The translations under genes and the position numbers were made by a program. A stretch of 43,368 nt of DNA from a virus: UHGV virus genome UHGV-1382693; one strand, written 5' to 3'. Shown here piece by piece: positions 8,181 to 17,420 of the stretch (position 1 is its first letter; every line of letters starts with the position of its first letter). The notes below the pieces were generated by a model. That model did not search any database. It was not told the DNA's origin and was given only the letters and a program-made list of their open reading frames with translations.

Positions 8181-8955
8181 ATTTCGGCTGCTTAAAAAGG
8201 ATGAAATAGACTGCCGCATTGCAACGGTATCCCAAAATGGCTTATCTCTGTTGTTGTACAAGGATGCCAGAGTGGACCAGAATATACTTGACGAGACTGT
8301 AGGCCCAATGGGATGGCAGCGGAGACATTGCAGGGATAACGCAAACTGCATCGTATCAATATGGGATGATGGTAAGAAGCAATGGATTGATAAAGAAGAT
8401 ACCGGTGCGGAAAGTAATACAGAAAAGGAGAAAGGGCTTGCCTCTGACAGCTTCAAGCGAGCTTGTTTTAACTGGGGTATTGGACGTGAGCTATATACTG
8501 CCCCTTTTATATGGATTGGAGAAGATGCCTGTAAAATCTATGAGAACGGTAAAGACCGCAACGGCAAGGTAAAATATAGTTGCTACGACCGATTTTATGT
8601 ATCACATATCGGATATGATGATAACCGCAACATTAATGCGCTTGAAATCAAGAGTTGCAAGAGCAAAAAGGTGGTGTATAAACTGGGCGAGTCTGAGAAT
8701 CAGCCAGTGGAACCACAAAAGGATTGCGTGACAGAAGTACACATTAATACGATTTTTGTGGAACTCAAGCGTACCGGAATAGGTTTGAATCAGATTCTTG
8801 CTGCATATAACCTTTCAGATATCCATGACATGACAATGGACCAGTTTAGGGATGCTATGGAAATCTTTAACAAGAAACCGGACAAGGAAAGGGCGACCAC
8901 TCCACCGGATGACATACAGGATGGTGGCCTACCGTGGAATGACCCCAAGAGGTAA
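8161..8955 (+). CDS. Rad52/Sak-family single-strand annealing protein
   Basis: LLLYKDARVDQNILDETVGPMGWQ and FKRACFNWGIGRELY resemble the Rad52/Sak core. AAGGAG sits 10 nt before ATG 8161. Confidence 0.75.
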   Translation: MGNAKFEFRLLKKDEIDCRIATVSQNGLSLLLYKDARVDQNILDETVGPMGWQRRHCRDNANCIVSIWDDGKKQWIDKEDTGAESNTEKEKGLASDSFKRACFNWGIGRELYTAPFIWIGEDACKIYENGKDRNGKVKYSCYDRFYVSHIGYDDNRNINALEIKSCKSKKVVYKLGESENQPVEPQKDCVTEVHINTIFVELKRTGIGLNQILAAYNLSDIHDMTMDQFRDAMEIFNKKPDKERATTPPDDIQDGGLPWNDPKR

Positions 8956-8959
8956 TTAT

Positions 8960-9586
8960 ATGCATGAGGCAGCAGACATAATAGCATACAAGCTTGTTCC
9001 AGAGGGAACGTATTTAAATATATTTATCCCTGGAAAAAATCTTATGGAACCAATCATTGATAAGCACATGAATAGATGCAGCGTATGGCTTGACGATGGC
9101 AGACATATAAGCGCAGACCAGCGCCGAAAGATTTACGCCACAGTCAATGACATATCTGCCTATTCTGGAAACGTGCCGGAGGTAGAGAAGGAATGGCTTA
9201 AGTATTTACATATCAACCGGACCGGATGCGGATATTTTTCCCTGTCTGATTGCTCCATGGATACTGCTAGGGAGTTTATCAATACCATGCTAGATTATGC
9301 GCTGGAACAGGGGATACCATTACTGGACTTTGCACTTAATCGTACCGATGATATAGGCCATTATTTGTATGCATGTCTCAAGCTTCGGAAATGCGCTATA
9401 TGCGGTCGAGAGGGTGAAATACACCATGTAGACACAATCGGAATGGGGAATGACCGGAGAAAGGTTGATGATTCGGATTACCGGAAAATATGTCTATGCC
9501 GGCAGCACCATACAGAAGCGCATAACATAGGGATGACAGAGTTTGAGGACAGATATAAGGTGTACGGAATCAAGTTTGATAACTGA
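8960..9586 (+). CDS. HNH endonuclease domain protein
   Basis: C-terminal CAICG...HHVD...N...CLCRQHH.H HNH motif. AAGAGG RBS. Confidence 0.65.
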   Translation: MHEAADIIAYKLVPEGTYLNIFIPGKNLMEPIIDKHMNRCSVWLDDGRHISADQRRKIYATVNDISAYSGNVPEVEKEWLKYLHINRTGCGYFSLSDCSMDTAREFINTMLDYALEQGIPLLDFALNRTDDIGHYLYACLKLRKCAICGREGEIHHVDTIGMGNDRRKVDDSDYRKICLCRQHHTEAHNIGMTEFEDRYKVYGIKFDN

Positions 9587-9617
9587 TAATCAGTAATATT
9601 AAGATTTGGAGGATTAT

Positions 9618-9764
9618 GTGGAAGAAAAATGTCTTGATTGTAAATGGTGTGAAATCATTGAGAATGGTGCATATGGATTTTTGGGTGAATCGCTATTGAC
9701 GTGTGCAATAGATGAAGAAGATACGGAAGATATTTCAGTATGCTTTGAACCGAAAGAAAATTAG
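9618..9764 (+). CDS. 48-aa Cys-rich peptide (CxxCxxC...C...C), hypothetical
   Basis: GTG start 5 nt after GGAGG. The alternative frame gives a 27-aa peptide. Confidence 0.3.
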   Translation: MEEKCLDCKWCEIIENGAYGFLGESLLTCAIDEEDTEDISVCFEPKEN

Positions 9765-9807
9765 CATTTAGCCGCCCACTGCTAAGTGTGGGAGAAAAGA
9801 GGAAGAC

Positions 9808-10083
9808 ATGATGAAATTAGCGGATACAGTAGAAGGAATGAATAGTGCAGATTACAAAAAGAGATTTATTGCAGAGTATCAGCAGTTAGTTATCAGATAC
9901 AGAGGATTGGCTAATATGCTGAATAAATGGGACAGGGGAATAGAGCTTGGGTTTGTTCCAACCTGCCCACGAAGTACATATAACATGCAGATTTCTGCCA
10001 TGACTGATTATATTGCAGTTCTTGAAGCCAGGGCAGTGATGGAGGGTATTGAGTTGGATGCAAGTGCAGCTTCTTGCGATTAA
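9808..10083 (+). CDS. Hypothetical protein
   Basis: GAGGAAG RBS. 91 aa. Confidence 0.6.
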   Translation: MMKLADTVEGMNSADYKKRFIAEYQQLVIRYRGLANMLNKWDRGIELGFVPTCPRSTYNMQISAMTDYIAVLEARAVMEGIELDASAASCD

Positions 10084-10152
10084 ATCGTTATTTTGAAACT
10101 AAGAAAGGAGCCGTTCCCCGGCCGGGAAAGCATATGCGGAACCTTTTAGAAA

Positions 10153-10749
10153 ATGAAAATATTAGTGGCGTGTGAGGAATCACAAGCGGTAACGATTGAG
10201 TTGCGGAAATTGGGGCATGAAGCCTATAGTTGTGACATAGAACCGTGTAGTGGTGGACATCCAGAGTGGCATTTGCGGGTGGACGCACTGGAACTGCTGA
10301 AAATGCACTGGGACATGATTATTGCTTTTCCACCGTGTACGTATCTGAGCAATGCTGGAGCGAGACATCTTTTCCGTGGCGGTGAGCTTAACAGAGAGCG
10401 TTATGCAAAAGGATTGGAAGCAAAAGCATTTTTCCTTAATTTCTATAATGCTGACTGTCCTAAAATAGCAGTCGAAAACCCGGTTTCCAGCAGAATTTAC
10501 GAAATGCCGCCGCATACTCAGGAAATACAGCCCTGGCAGTTTGGACATCCTGTCCAGAAAAAAACACGGCTATGGCTGAAAGGGTTACCACTGCTTGAGC
10601 CAACAAACGTTGTTGAGTATAAGTGTGGATGCCATGAGGCAGGTACATGGTTTACGAAGGGTGGTAAGGATAGGCAGAAAAACAGAGCAAAAACATTCCC
10701 GGGGATTGCAAAAGCGATGGCAGAGCAGTGGGCAGGAGATATTAACTAA
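10153..10749 (+). CDS. C5-cytosine-methyltransferase-like protein (PC and ENV motifs, no recognisable FxGxG SAM motif)
   Basis: AFPPCTYLS resembles motif IV, AVENPVSS motif VI and QKKTRLW a possible motif VIII. Only 198 aa. Confidence 0.45.
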   Translation: MKILVACEESQAVTIELRKLGHEAYSCDIEPCSGGHPEWHLRVDALELLKMHWDMIIAFPPCTYLSNAGARHLFRGGELNRERYAKGLEAKAFFLNFYNADCPKIAVENPVSSRIYEMPPHTQEIQPWQFGHPVQKKTRLWLKGLPLLEPTNVVEYKCGCHEAGTWFTKGGKDRQKNRAKTFPGIAKAMAEQWAGDIN

Positions 10750-10770
10750 ATTAAAATTTGGAGGAAAAGC

Positions 10771-10975
10771 AATGAATAAGGTTATAAATGATATTGGAGA
10801 TTTGCAGACGAATTATCAGGCTTTAATTGATGAAAAACGGTTATCTAAAAAGGCAATGTGTGACTTGGTGATACCATTTAGGGATAAGTACGGACTTACC
10901 GATTTGCAGGCATTACAGATTGCAAGGAACGAACTGACAATCGCAGAGATTAACTTACTTATTCTACAAAACTGA
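10771..10975 (+). CDS. Hypothetical protein (68 aa)
   Basis: GGAGG RBS before MNKVINDIGDL. The upstream extension in the track lacks an RBS. Confidence 0.55.
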
Positions 10976-11120
10976 CATTTTGGTATCTATTCCCCTTGCG
11001 GGATGATACATACAACGGTAATGATTACTGGTCAGATTGCTAATATGTCACGACATACTTTCTGACCCTGGGACGGGACCTATCAAACCTCATTTACCCG
11101 GCCCGAAAGGAGGGATTGAA

Positions 11121-11489
11121 TTGAGATACACAAAAAATTCTGATGTTATCCAATGCGCTGTATACAATGCCCTGGGCGTAGGTAAACAGAATGCCATAAG
11201 TAGGGCGGAACTCAGCCGGATAACTGGATATAAGGATAGACGTATCCGTGAGGCGATAGAGGCCATGCGATACAGTAAGGTTATCATTAACCTGGACAAT
11301 GGTGACGGATATTACATACCTGACTCAACGCTCCAGGGGCGCCATGAAGCCGCTGCCTGGATTGCAAGGCAGGACAGGAGGATACAGTCCATGAAGGCGG
11401 CTACAAAGGGCGCTAGGCGGTTCGTGAACGGGGTAAGGAGCAAGGGTATCCCAGGCCAGATAAGTATGTTCGGGACGGGAGGCATGTAG
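11121..11489 (+). CDS. Winged-helix DNA-binding protein (replication-module regulator or initiator accessory)
   Basis: TTG start 6 nt after AGGAGGG. ISRAELSRITGYKDRRIREAIEAM resembles a wHTH. Confidence 0.5.
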   Translation: MRYTKNSDVIQCAVYNALGVGKQNAISRAELSRITGYKDRRIREAIEAMRYSKVIINLDNGDGYYIPDSTLQGRHEAAAWIARQDRRIQSMKAATKGARRFVNGVRSKGIPGQISMFGTGGM

Positions 11490-11852
11490 ATGGGGAAAGC
11501 ACAGCGTGAAAAAGGAAAGCGTGGTGAACGGGAACTTGCCAATCTCCTTAATGACCATGGATATAGCTGCCGTAGGGGTCAACAGTACTGTGGCTCCAAC
11601 GGGGATGCGGATGTGGTGGGCCTTCCAGGCATACATATTGAGTGCAAAAGAGTTGAGCGCCTTAACATTGAGGATGCCATGAGGCAGGCTGTAGACGACA
11701 CTGGGGCGGAGATATTACCGTTTGGTGAGGAAATATACCCAGCCGTGTTTCACCGCCGTAATCGTGGCACATGGCTGGTTACAATGCGCCTAGAGGATTG
11801 GATAGCATTGTATGAGGAGTGGGAAGCCGGTCGAGACATTGATAGCAGGTGA
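11490..11852 (+). CDS. Holliday junction resolvase, archaeal Hjc-like PD-(D/E)XK nuclease
   Basis: GERELANLLNDHGY...DADVVG...IECK follows the Hjc motif pattern E...D...ExK. Confidence 0.7.
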   Translation: MGKAQREKGKRGERELANLLNDHGYSCRRGQQYCGSNGDADVVGLPGIHIECKRVERLNIEDAMRQAVDDTGAEILPFGEEIYPAVFHRRNRGTWLVTMRLEDWIALYEEWEAGRDIDSR

Positions 11853-11856
11853 TAGG

Positions 11857-12645
11857 ATGGATGGACATATTAAGCTTTACCGCAAGTTCCTGGACTGGGA
11901 ATGGTATCAGGACATAAACACGAAGGTTTTATTCATCCATATGCTCTTGAAGGCCAACTGGAAGGATGGAAAATTTATGGGTACAACTATCCCGCGTGGC
12001 TCTTTTGTATCATCCATCAAAAACCTTGCATCCGAAACAGGGCTTACGGAAAGGGAGATTAGGACAGGAATTTCCCATCTAAAAACGACAGGCGAAGTGA
12101 CAAGCAAGGCGACAAACAAATATAGCGTATTTACAATAACAAACTATGACTTGTACCAGTCGGACGACAGGCAAGACGACACCCAGGCGACAGGCGAGCG
12201 ACATTCTAACGACAAACGAACGACAACAATAGAAGAAAGAAAGAAGGAAATAAAGAAAGAAGATAATATATATAGTGCATCCGGCGACAGGAAGCAGCAG
12301 GCATCTGCCTTGTTTGAAACCTTGTGGAAGCTGTACCCACACAAGAAGGGGAAGGGACAGGTATCCGATACCCAGAAGCAGAAGCTCCTGAAAGTGGGTG
12401 AGGATGAGCTTAAGAGGTGTATTGAAAGATACAAGAATGACCTTAAGCGGGATGCATCCTGGAGGAAGCCGCAGAACGGAAGTACATTTTTTAACAGTGG
12501 ATATGTGGATTATCTGGATTCTAATTATACAGGAGGTGGAGGCAGTGGACCCGTTACAGGAGATGGTCAGCAGAATACAGGAGGAACGCAAACATATAGC
12601 GATGACTACCTCGAAGGAGCCGGAGAAGGATTTACCGGATTCTGA
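11857..12645 (+). CDS. Replisome organiser / DnaD-like replication initiation protein
   Basis: N-terminal wHTH initiator-like domain (KLYRKFLDWEWYQD...FIHMLLKAN). It contains internal iterons and precedes the helicase loader. Confidence 0.65.
   Translation: MDGHIKLYRKFLDWEWYQDINTKVLFIHMLLKANWKDGKFMGTTIPRGSFVSSIKNLASETGLTEREIRTGISHLKTTGEVTSKATNKYSVFTITNYDLYQSDDRQDDTQATGERHSNDKRTTTIEERKKEIKKEDNIYSASGDRKQQASALFETLWKLYPHKKGKGQVSDTQKQKLLKVGEDELKRCIERYKNDLKRDASWRKPQNGSTFFNSGYVDYLDSNYTGGGGSGPVTGDGQQNTGGTQTYSDDYLEGAGEGFTGF
12085..12285. promoter_or_regulatory. Putative origin of replication: ~10 GACA-type iterons followed by an AT-rich stretch
   Basis: Repeated (A/G)CGACA(G/A)GC-like units across 12085-12235, then caatagaagaaagaaagaaggaaataaagaaagaagataatatatata, all inside the initiator gene. 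Confidence 0.5.
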
Positions 12646-13384
12646 TGTCTGCCCCATATGCCACGGTAAAGGGTGGGTGTACTGGTGGGACGAGGAAGGC
12701 CGGGAAAACGGATACAGATGCGATTGCGGGCTGGTAGAACGGCAGATAGCGGACAGAAAGCTTGAATTTGCGAACATACCAGAAGCATTTAAAAAACTGG
12801 ACATACGCTCCTTCGATTTTGGGGTATACCGGAAGAATGAGAGCCAGAAGATAATCAGGAATACCGGTGCAGCCATTAAATATTATCTGGACAATCTGGA
12901 AGGAATGCGGAAGGACGGGATGGGACTGTACTTGTATTCCGGGACCAAGGGGTCAGGCAAGACACGAATGGCCGCAAGCATAGCAAACGAGATGGTCAGT
13001 ACATACAGGATGCAGGTTAAGTTTGCCGGCTCTATGCAGATTATCAACGAGATTAAGGCTACATGGGATGATAAGGACAGAAGCGAGAGTGACTTGCTAA
13101 GAGCGTTATCCACTGTCCAGGTATTAGTGATAGATGATTTCGGAACGGAGCTTCCAAAGGATTGGATAGGAGAACGGTTTTACAGCATCATCAATGGCCG
13201 GTACCAGGACAAGCTGATAACAATGTACACCAGCAATTTAAGCCTGCAGGACTTGCGATATGATGACAGGATAACCAATAGAATCAAGGAACGTACATTC
13301 CAGCTTCCATTCCCGGAAGAATCCGTTAGGGAACTGATAGCAGAGCAGAACCGGAAAGCGCTTATAGAAGGAATGAGAGGATAG
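12602..13384 (+). CDS. DnaC/IstB-like AAA+ helicase loader with N-terminal zinc finger
   Basis: Walker A GTKGSGKT, Walker B VLVIDDFG, CPICHGKG...CDCG. Overlaps the upstream gene, suggesting translational coupling. Confidence 0.8.
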   Translation: MTTSKEPEKDLPDSDVCPICHGKGWVYWWDEEGRENGYRCDCGLVERQIADRKLEFANIPEAFKKLDIRSFDFGVYRKNESQKIIRNTGAAIKYYLDNLEGMRKDGMGLYLYSGTKGSGKTRMAASIANEMVSTYRMQVKFAGSMQIINEIKATWDDKDRSESDLLRALSTVQVLVIDDFGTELPKDWIGERFYSIINGRYQDKLITMYTSNLSLQDLRYDDRITNRIKERTFQLPFPEESVRELIAEQNRKALIEGMRG

Positions 13385-13394
13385 GAGTGGAGAG

Positions 13395-13646
13395 TTGAAG
13401 GAAATACATAAAAAAATCCTGGTGTTTGTAAAGCAATACATGTTAGAGCATGATTATCCCCCCACAACCAGGGAAATAGGGGATGGGGTTGGTTATACGT
13501 CAAGCTCTACTATCTGGGGATATCTGCGGGATATGAAAGAGATAGGGTTGATTGATTATGTGAATGAATGCCCTAGAACTATAACAATACCCGGAATGCA
13601 TTACACATGGGATACCAGGGATAACATTCAGGAAAGGGGGAATTAA
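13395..13646 (+). CDS. LexA-N-terminal-like winged-helix DNA-binding protein
   Basis: KILVFVKQYMLEHDYPPTTREIGDGVGYTSSSTIWGYLRDMKEIGLI matches the LexA DNA-binding domain pattern. TTG start with AGGAG upstream. Confidence 0.65.
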   Translation: MKEIHKKILVFVKQYMLEHDYPPTTREIGDGVGYTSSSTIWGYLRDMKEIGLIDYVNECPRTITIPGMHYTWDTRDNIQERGN

Positions 13647-13647
13647 A

Positions 13648-13863
13648 TTGCCAGATAACAAAATGAAAAATCAATATAGTGACAATTCAGAACGCCAAAG
13701 AATGGCAGCAATAAAGGACATGGAGAAATATCCATCACCCATGACTACAGCATTTCTCCGACCGGCATATGATAGGACTGAAATATGTCCTGATTTTTCT
13801 AGGCGTCCAAGTAATCAAAACACACATTTATGGAGGAGGGAAAATGAAGCACTTAAGCAATAG
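13648..13863 (+). CDS. Hypothetical protein
   Basis: TTG start after AGGGGG. 71 aa. Confidence 0.45.
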   Translation: MPDNKMKNQYSDNSERQRMAAIKDMEKYPSPMTTAFLRPAYDRTEICPDFSRRPSNQNTHLWRRENEALKQ

Positions 13864-13875
13864 ATATGCAAAGGT

Positions 13876-14037
13876 ATGGATATCTGCACCTTGAGGGTAG
13901 CAACCCCATCCGATGGAGATGAACTGGGGTACCGGATTGATGATATCTCGTACGATGGAAGGGTGTTTGATGATTTGGGAGAGGCCATGAAGGCAATTGA
14001 CTCATTTGGCACGTATTTAGCGGAGGAACGAGAATGA
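13876..14037 (+). CDS. Small acidic hypothetical protein (53 aa)
   Basis: Its stop overlaps the next start (ATGA). The - strand ORFs here look non-protein-like. Confidence 0.35.
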   Translation: MDICTLRVATPSDGDELGYRIDDISYDGRVFDDLGEAMKAIDSFGTYLAEERE

Positions 14038-14387
14038 AAAAATATTTGGAAAAAGAAAAAGCAATCGACACATTAGCAAGACTGTATGAGCGCATAAAAA
14101 GAGAAGAACATGACCAGGAAGCGGCTAATGGAGTTTGGCGTGCAATGGAAGTTATTGCGGCCCTGGGCGATGCGTGGATTCCCGCTTCGGAACGGCTCCC
14201 AAAGAAACCAAAAGAGAATCCGCTATATGATAACAAGCCATTGGAGACATATTTAGTGTCTGTCAAAAATACAGACTATGTGATTATGGCACTTTGGAAC
14301 GGAGCATCATTTACTGATGGGTGGGAAAAACTGGACGTGCTGGCCTGGATGCCATTGCCGGAGCCATATAAGGAGGTAAAGGAATGA
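14034..14387 (+). CDS. DUF551-like phage protein
   Basis: C-terminal WMPLPEPYK is typical of DUF551. Confidence 0.55.
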   Translation: MKKYLEKEKAIDTLARLYERIKREEHDQEAANGVWRAMEVIAALGDAWIPASERLPKKPKENPLYDNKPLETYLVSVKNTDYVIMALWNGASFTDGWEKLDVLAWMPLPEPYKEVKE

Positions 14388-14719
14388 AGTATGACAAAGA
14401 AAGATTTGAATGGTTGCCGTACGAAAAAAAGATGGGTTTGATAGAGAAGGAGTTAAGTCTGGGAGCTCATAATGCGACAACAAGAGCGGATTTGCTCATG
14501 CTTTTGGATTGGGCATACAAAAAGATAAAGACAGATAAAAAAAGGATTGAAGATGGGATTGCTCATTGCTATATGACCAAATTTGAACATCCAGGAATGG
14601 AAGAAGGCTTATGTGCCGGATTAAGAACCATGGATGGAGATGGAGAACCTTACGAAACCTGCAAAGAGTGCCGTTTACAGTACCAATACAACGATATGCA
14701 TCAGGAGGCAGAGGAATGA
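14384..14719 (+). CDS. Hypothetical protein
   Basis: ATGA coupling. 111 aa. Confidence 0.55.
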   Translation: MKYDKERFEWLPYEKKMGLIEKELSLGAHNATTRADLLMLLDWAYKKIKTDKKRIEDGIAHCYMTKFEHPGMEEGLCAGLRTMDGDGEPYETCKECRLQYQYNDMHQEAEE

Positions 14720-14952
14720 TAGATAGACAGGGAGCAGGAGACATGAAAAATAAGTGTGCTGACTGTGCATTTTCAGGAGGCCATCAAGGAGCGCATCCGG
14801 ACGGCGCCGCCGTACATGTATACCAGCCTGTGCCCGGTCCCGGAGCTGCGCCGACCGTCGAAGGGAGTGATTGTACGTGGCATCAAGACCCGTGTACTAT
14901 GACCTGTATGATTGTGACCAATATGATGGCCGGTACAGAGCAGCGGAACTGA
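14716..14952 (+). CDS. Cys-rich hypothetical protein (frame ambiguous)
   Basis: GGAGGCAGAGGA-ATG with ATGA coupling. Overlapping alternative frames run from 14871 to 15160 in a GC-rich stretch. Confidence 0.35.
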   Translation: MIDRQGAGDMKNKCADCAFSGGHQGAHPDGAAVHVYQPVPGPGAAPTVEGSDCTWHQDPCTMTCMIVTNMMAGTEQRN

Positions 14953-15303
14953 TGGTAATGCTTGGCATCCGTCACCGGCAACAGATAGAGCATTACAGTG
15001 ATGTGGGTATCCTGTACCAAAAGCGAATACTTTTGCGAGGGTGTATGATGGGAACGCGTCAGAACTGGCCGATGAATGGGACAGGGTGACGCAAGTATTG
15101 AAGGGATGCGGGCACAATTTGAGCAAGATACCAATTGTAGTAAAACGGGAGCATAGATAAGACAAGCCTGAAATGCCCCTGTAACGCATCAGAATGAACG
15201 AGAACGGATTTTAAGACAATGAGGCGTGCATTTATTGGGAAAGCAGAAATATAAGCATGCTTCGTTCAGTAAGAGAAAGAATTAATGTGTAGGAAGGAGG
15301 ATT

Positions 15304-15606
15304 ATGAGGACTAGGGACAAGAACTATAGTGATTATGGAATGACAGATGATGAAGCCAGACGCATAAAGAAATATTGTCAGAATGCCAGCGCGGAAGATA
15401 AGCTTACATTGTTCCAGTGTGCCATATCCTCAGCTCCTGGCCTGGAGGTGGAAATATATGAGAGCCTTGTGGGTAACATCGGATATGACAAGCTGAGTAA
15501 GAGGAAGAACATACCAATTAAACGGGATGATTTTTATGGGTACCAAAGAAAGACACTGGATGAATATAGGAGATTAATGACATTGTTTGGGAGGTGGAAA
15601 GGATGA
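15304..15606 (+). CDS. Hypothetical protein (possible regulator)
   Basis: AGGAAGGAGG RBS. 100 aa. Confidence 0.6.
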   Translation: MRTRDKNYSDYGMTDDEARRIKKYCQNASAEDKLTLFQCAISSAPGLEVEIYESLVGNIGYDKLSKRKNIPIKRDDFYGYQRKTLDEYRRLMTLFGRWKG

Positions 15607-15746
15607 TTAGTGCGGATAGTACCATAAGGGTAACGGAATTTTTATATGCTTGGAGATTGGTTATACAGGCCAGTAAAAAATTAACCGTTGAAGATATGGT
15701 AATGCTTGAAAAAATTGTGGATGAAATGGAGAAATTAAAAAAATGA
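15603..15746 (+). CDS. Small hypothetical protein (47 aa)
   Basis: ATGA overlap at both ends. GGGAGGTGG RBS. Confidence 0.45.
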   Translation: MISADSTIRVTEFLYAWRLVIQASKKLTVEDMVMLEKIVDEMEKLKK

Positions 15747-16048
15747 AATCAATAGAAAATCCAGATGAAGTAAAATTATATAGGATGGGAGGAGCAAGTT
15801 TAAGAATTATCGTATCTCCATATCAAAATGGAATGCCAGAAGATGTTTTATTTATACCAGAATGGAGAGAGTTGAAGGGGGATGAAATGCTGAATCTTCA
15901 GGATATTTATGAGCAGGTTAGAAAAAAATATGCAGAATCACTAATTTTAGTAATAGTTGAGTATCCGACAAGTGGATATATTTATCGATATGGAAATTAT
16001 TCTGATAAAAAGTGGATGCAAGTAGGAAAGATGGACGGATACGCTTAA
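15743..16048 (+). CDS. Hypothetical protein
   Basis: AT-rich, translationally coupled. Confidence 0.55.
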   Translation: MKSIENPDEVKLYRMGGASLRIIVSPYQNGMPEDVLFIPEWRELKGDEMLNLQDIYEQVRKKYAESLILVIVEYPTSGYIYRYGNYSDKKWMQVGKMDGYA

Positions 16049-16110
16049 ATGTGGGGACGGTTTGACCAACCCGAACATGGTAAAATTAGTATAGGACTAT
16101 TATACCATAT

Positions 16111-16398
16111 ATGGGGGATTGTATGAATCTCAATTCGATTATAAAAAAGCTACAGCGTGCCATATTGCAGACCAGACTTGTAATCAAGATATCCACCAAT
16201 CAATTCTATAGCGAGGAACAAGGGCGCATGATAACCATATGGATATTAAGCACCCCTGTGCTACAGCTGGATAAACATGGGGAGTGGAAGACAAGAGATT
16301 ATGAAATACTGCTGAGTGCATCGGGGATTGAGATTGTGAAGTGCTTGCAGGAGATATGGGAGGCGGTGAAGGGATGGGAACCATTGGAGAAAATATAA
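16111..16398 (+). CDS. Hypothetical protein
   Basis: 95-aa ORF. Confidence 0.45.
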   Translation: MGDCMNLNSIIKKLQRAILQTRLVIKISTNQFYSEEQGRMITIWILSTPVLQLDKHGEWKTRDYEILLSASGIEIVKCLQEIWEAVKGWEPLEKI

Positions 16399-17021
16399 TA
16401 TATTTCAGAAAAAAGCGACATTTAAGCCAATGCGAACTTGCAAAGCTTATGGGAGTTTCTCAAAACGCGGTATACGGATGGGAAAACAATAAAAGAAAAC
16501 CATCTATTGATATATTGAAAAAAATGTCAGAAATTTTGAGAATCACTTTATATGATATTGTAGAGGGAAATAAACCAATAGAAAAATCGACTTGCAATAT
16601 ATTTCCTGGAATTAAAGTTCCTGCAATAGATGGAAAAATAAGTATAGGAGATAATATCAAATTTTTGCGTAAGAGAAAAAATATGACGCAAAAGCAACTT
16701 TCAGAAGCTACGGGAATTGCTGTAATAACTATACAAGAGTATGAAGCTGGAAAATATGAACCTAAAATAGATTTTTTATACAAATTAGGAAAAGCTCTTG
16801 ATTGCGACATTTATAAATTAGCTGGTATTAACGAAAATATCAATTCACATGAAATAACGGTGAATGATGTTTTTAACGAAATCAAAAAGCGTGCAAAAGA
16901 GGCTGAAACAGAAGAATACGAAGCCAAGGAAAAAGGAGACTATTTAGATGCTATTGAGAGTAGGGGAGTCCATATAGCACTTATTGATATATTGAAAGAT
17001 TTTGGACAGGACGGTGGTTAA
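16377..17021 (+). CDS. Tandem-HTH (2 x XRE) DNA-binding regulator immediately upstream of terS
   Basis: Two HTH_3 units (LSQCELAKLMGVSQNAVYGWEN and MTQKQLSEATGIAVITIQEYEAG). AT-rich. Confidence 0.7.
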   Translation, partial: GTIGENIIYFRKKRHLSQCELAKLMGVSQNAVYGWENNKRKPSIDILKKMSEILRITLYDIVEGNKPIEKSTCNIFPGIKVPAIDGKISIGDNIKFLRKRKNMTQKQLSEATGIAVITIQEYEAGKYEPKIDFLYKLGKALDCDIYKLAGINENINSHEITVNDVFNEIKKRAKEAETEEYEAKEKGDYLDAIESRGVHIALIDILKDFGQDGG

Positions 17022-17420
17022 GTGGAGCTTACACCGAAGCAGAAAGCGTTTGCAGATTATTACATAGAATTCGGAAATGCGGCAGAAGCTGCGAGAAAGG
17101 CTGGTTATAGCTTACGGACAGCAGACGCAATAGGGCGTGAAAACTTACGGAAGCCTACGGTTTCTGCATATATATCTGAACGGCAGAAACAAATTGATGA
17201 TTGCCGCATAGCTGATGCGGCTGAAATACTGCAATACCTTACCTCTGTTATGCGCGGAGAAGTAAAAGACCAATTCGGACTTGATGCTCCGCTGGCAGAG
17301 AGGACCAAAGCGGCGGTGGAATTGGCAAAACGTAAAATAGATACAGACAAGAAGCAGGAGGGCGGCGGGATTACAATTGTCAACAACATACCAAGACCAG
17401 ACAACAATAAATCTGACTGA
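17022..17420 (+). CDS. terS: Terminase small subunit (P27 / Terminase_2 family)
   Basis: LTPKQKAFADYYIEFGNAAEAARKAGYS signature. GTG start. Confidence 0.85.
   Translation: MELTPKQKAFADYYIEFGNAAEAARKAGYSLRTADAIGRENLRKPTVSAYISERQKQIDDCRIADAAEILQYLTSVMRGEVKDQFGLDAPLAERTKAAVELAKRKIDTDKKQEGGGITIVNNIPRPDNNKSD

Noticed and set aside
10976-11120. Imperfect hairpin GTATCtattCCCcttgcGGGatGATAC after the 10771 gene as a terminator
   Set aside because: Weak stem with mismatches and no T-run. Possibly regulatory, but not supportable as a terminator.
13853-14266. 137-aa - strand ORF overlapping + strand genes
   Set aside because: Non-protein-like composition, no RBS, and fully overlapped by well-supported, translationally coupled + strand genes.
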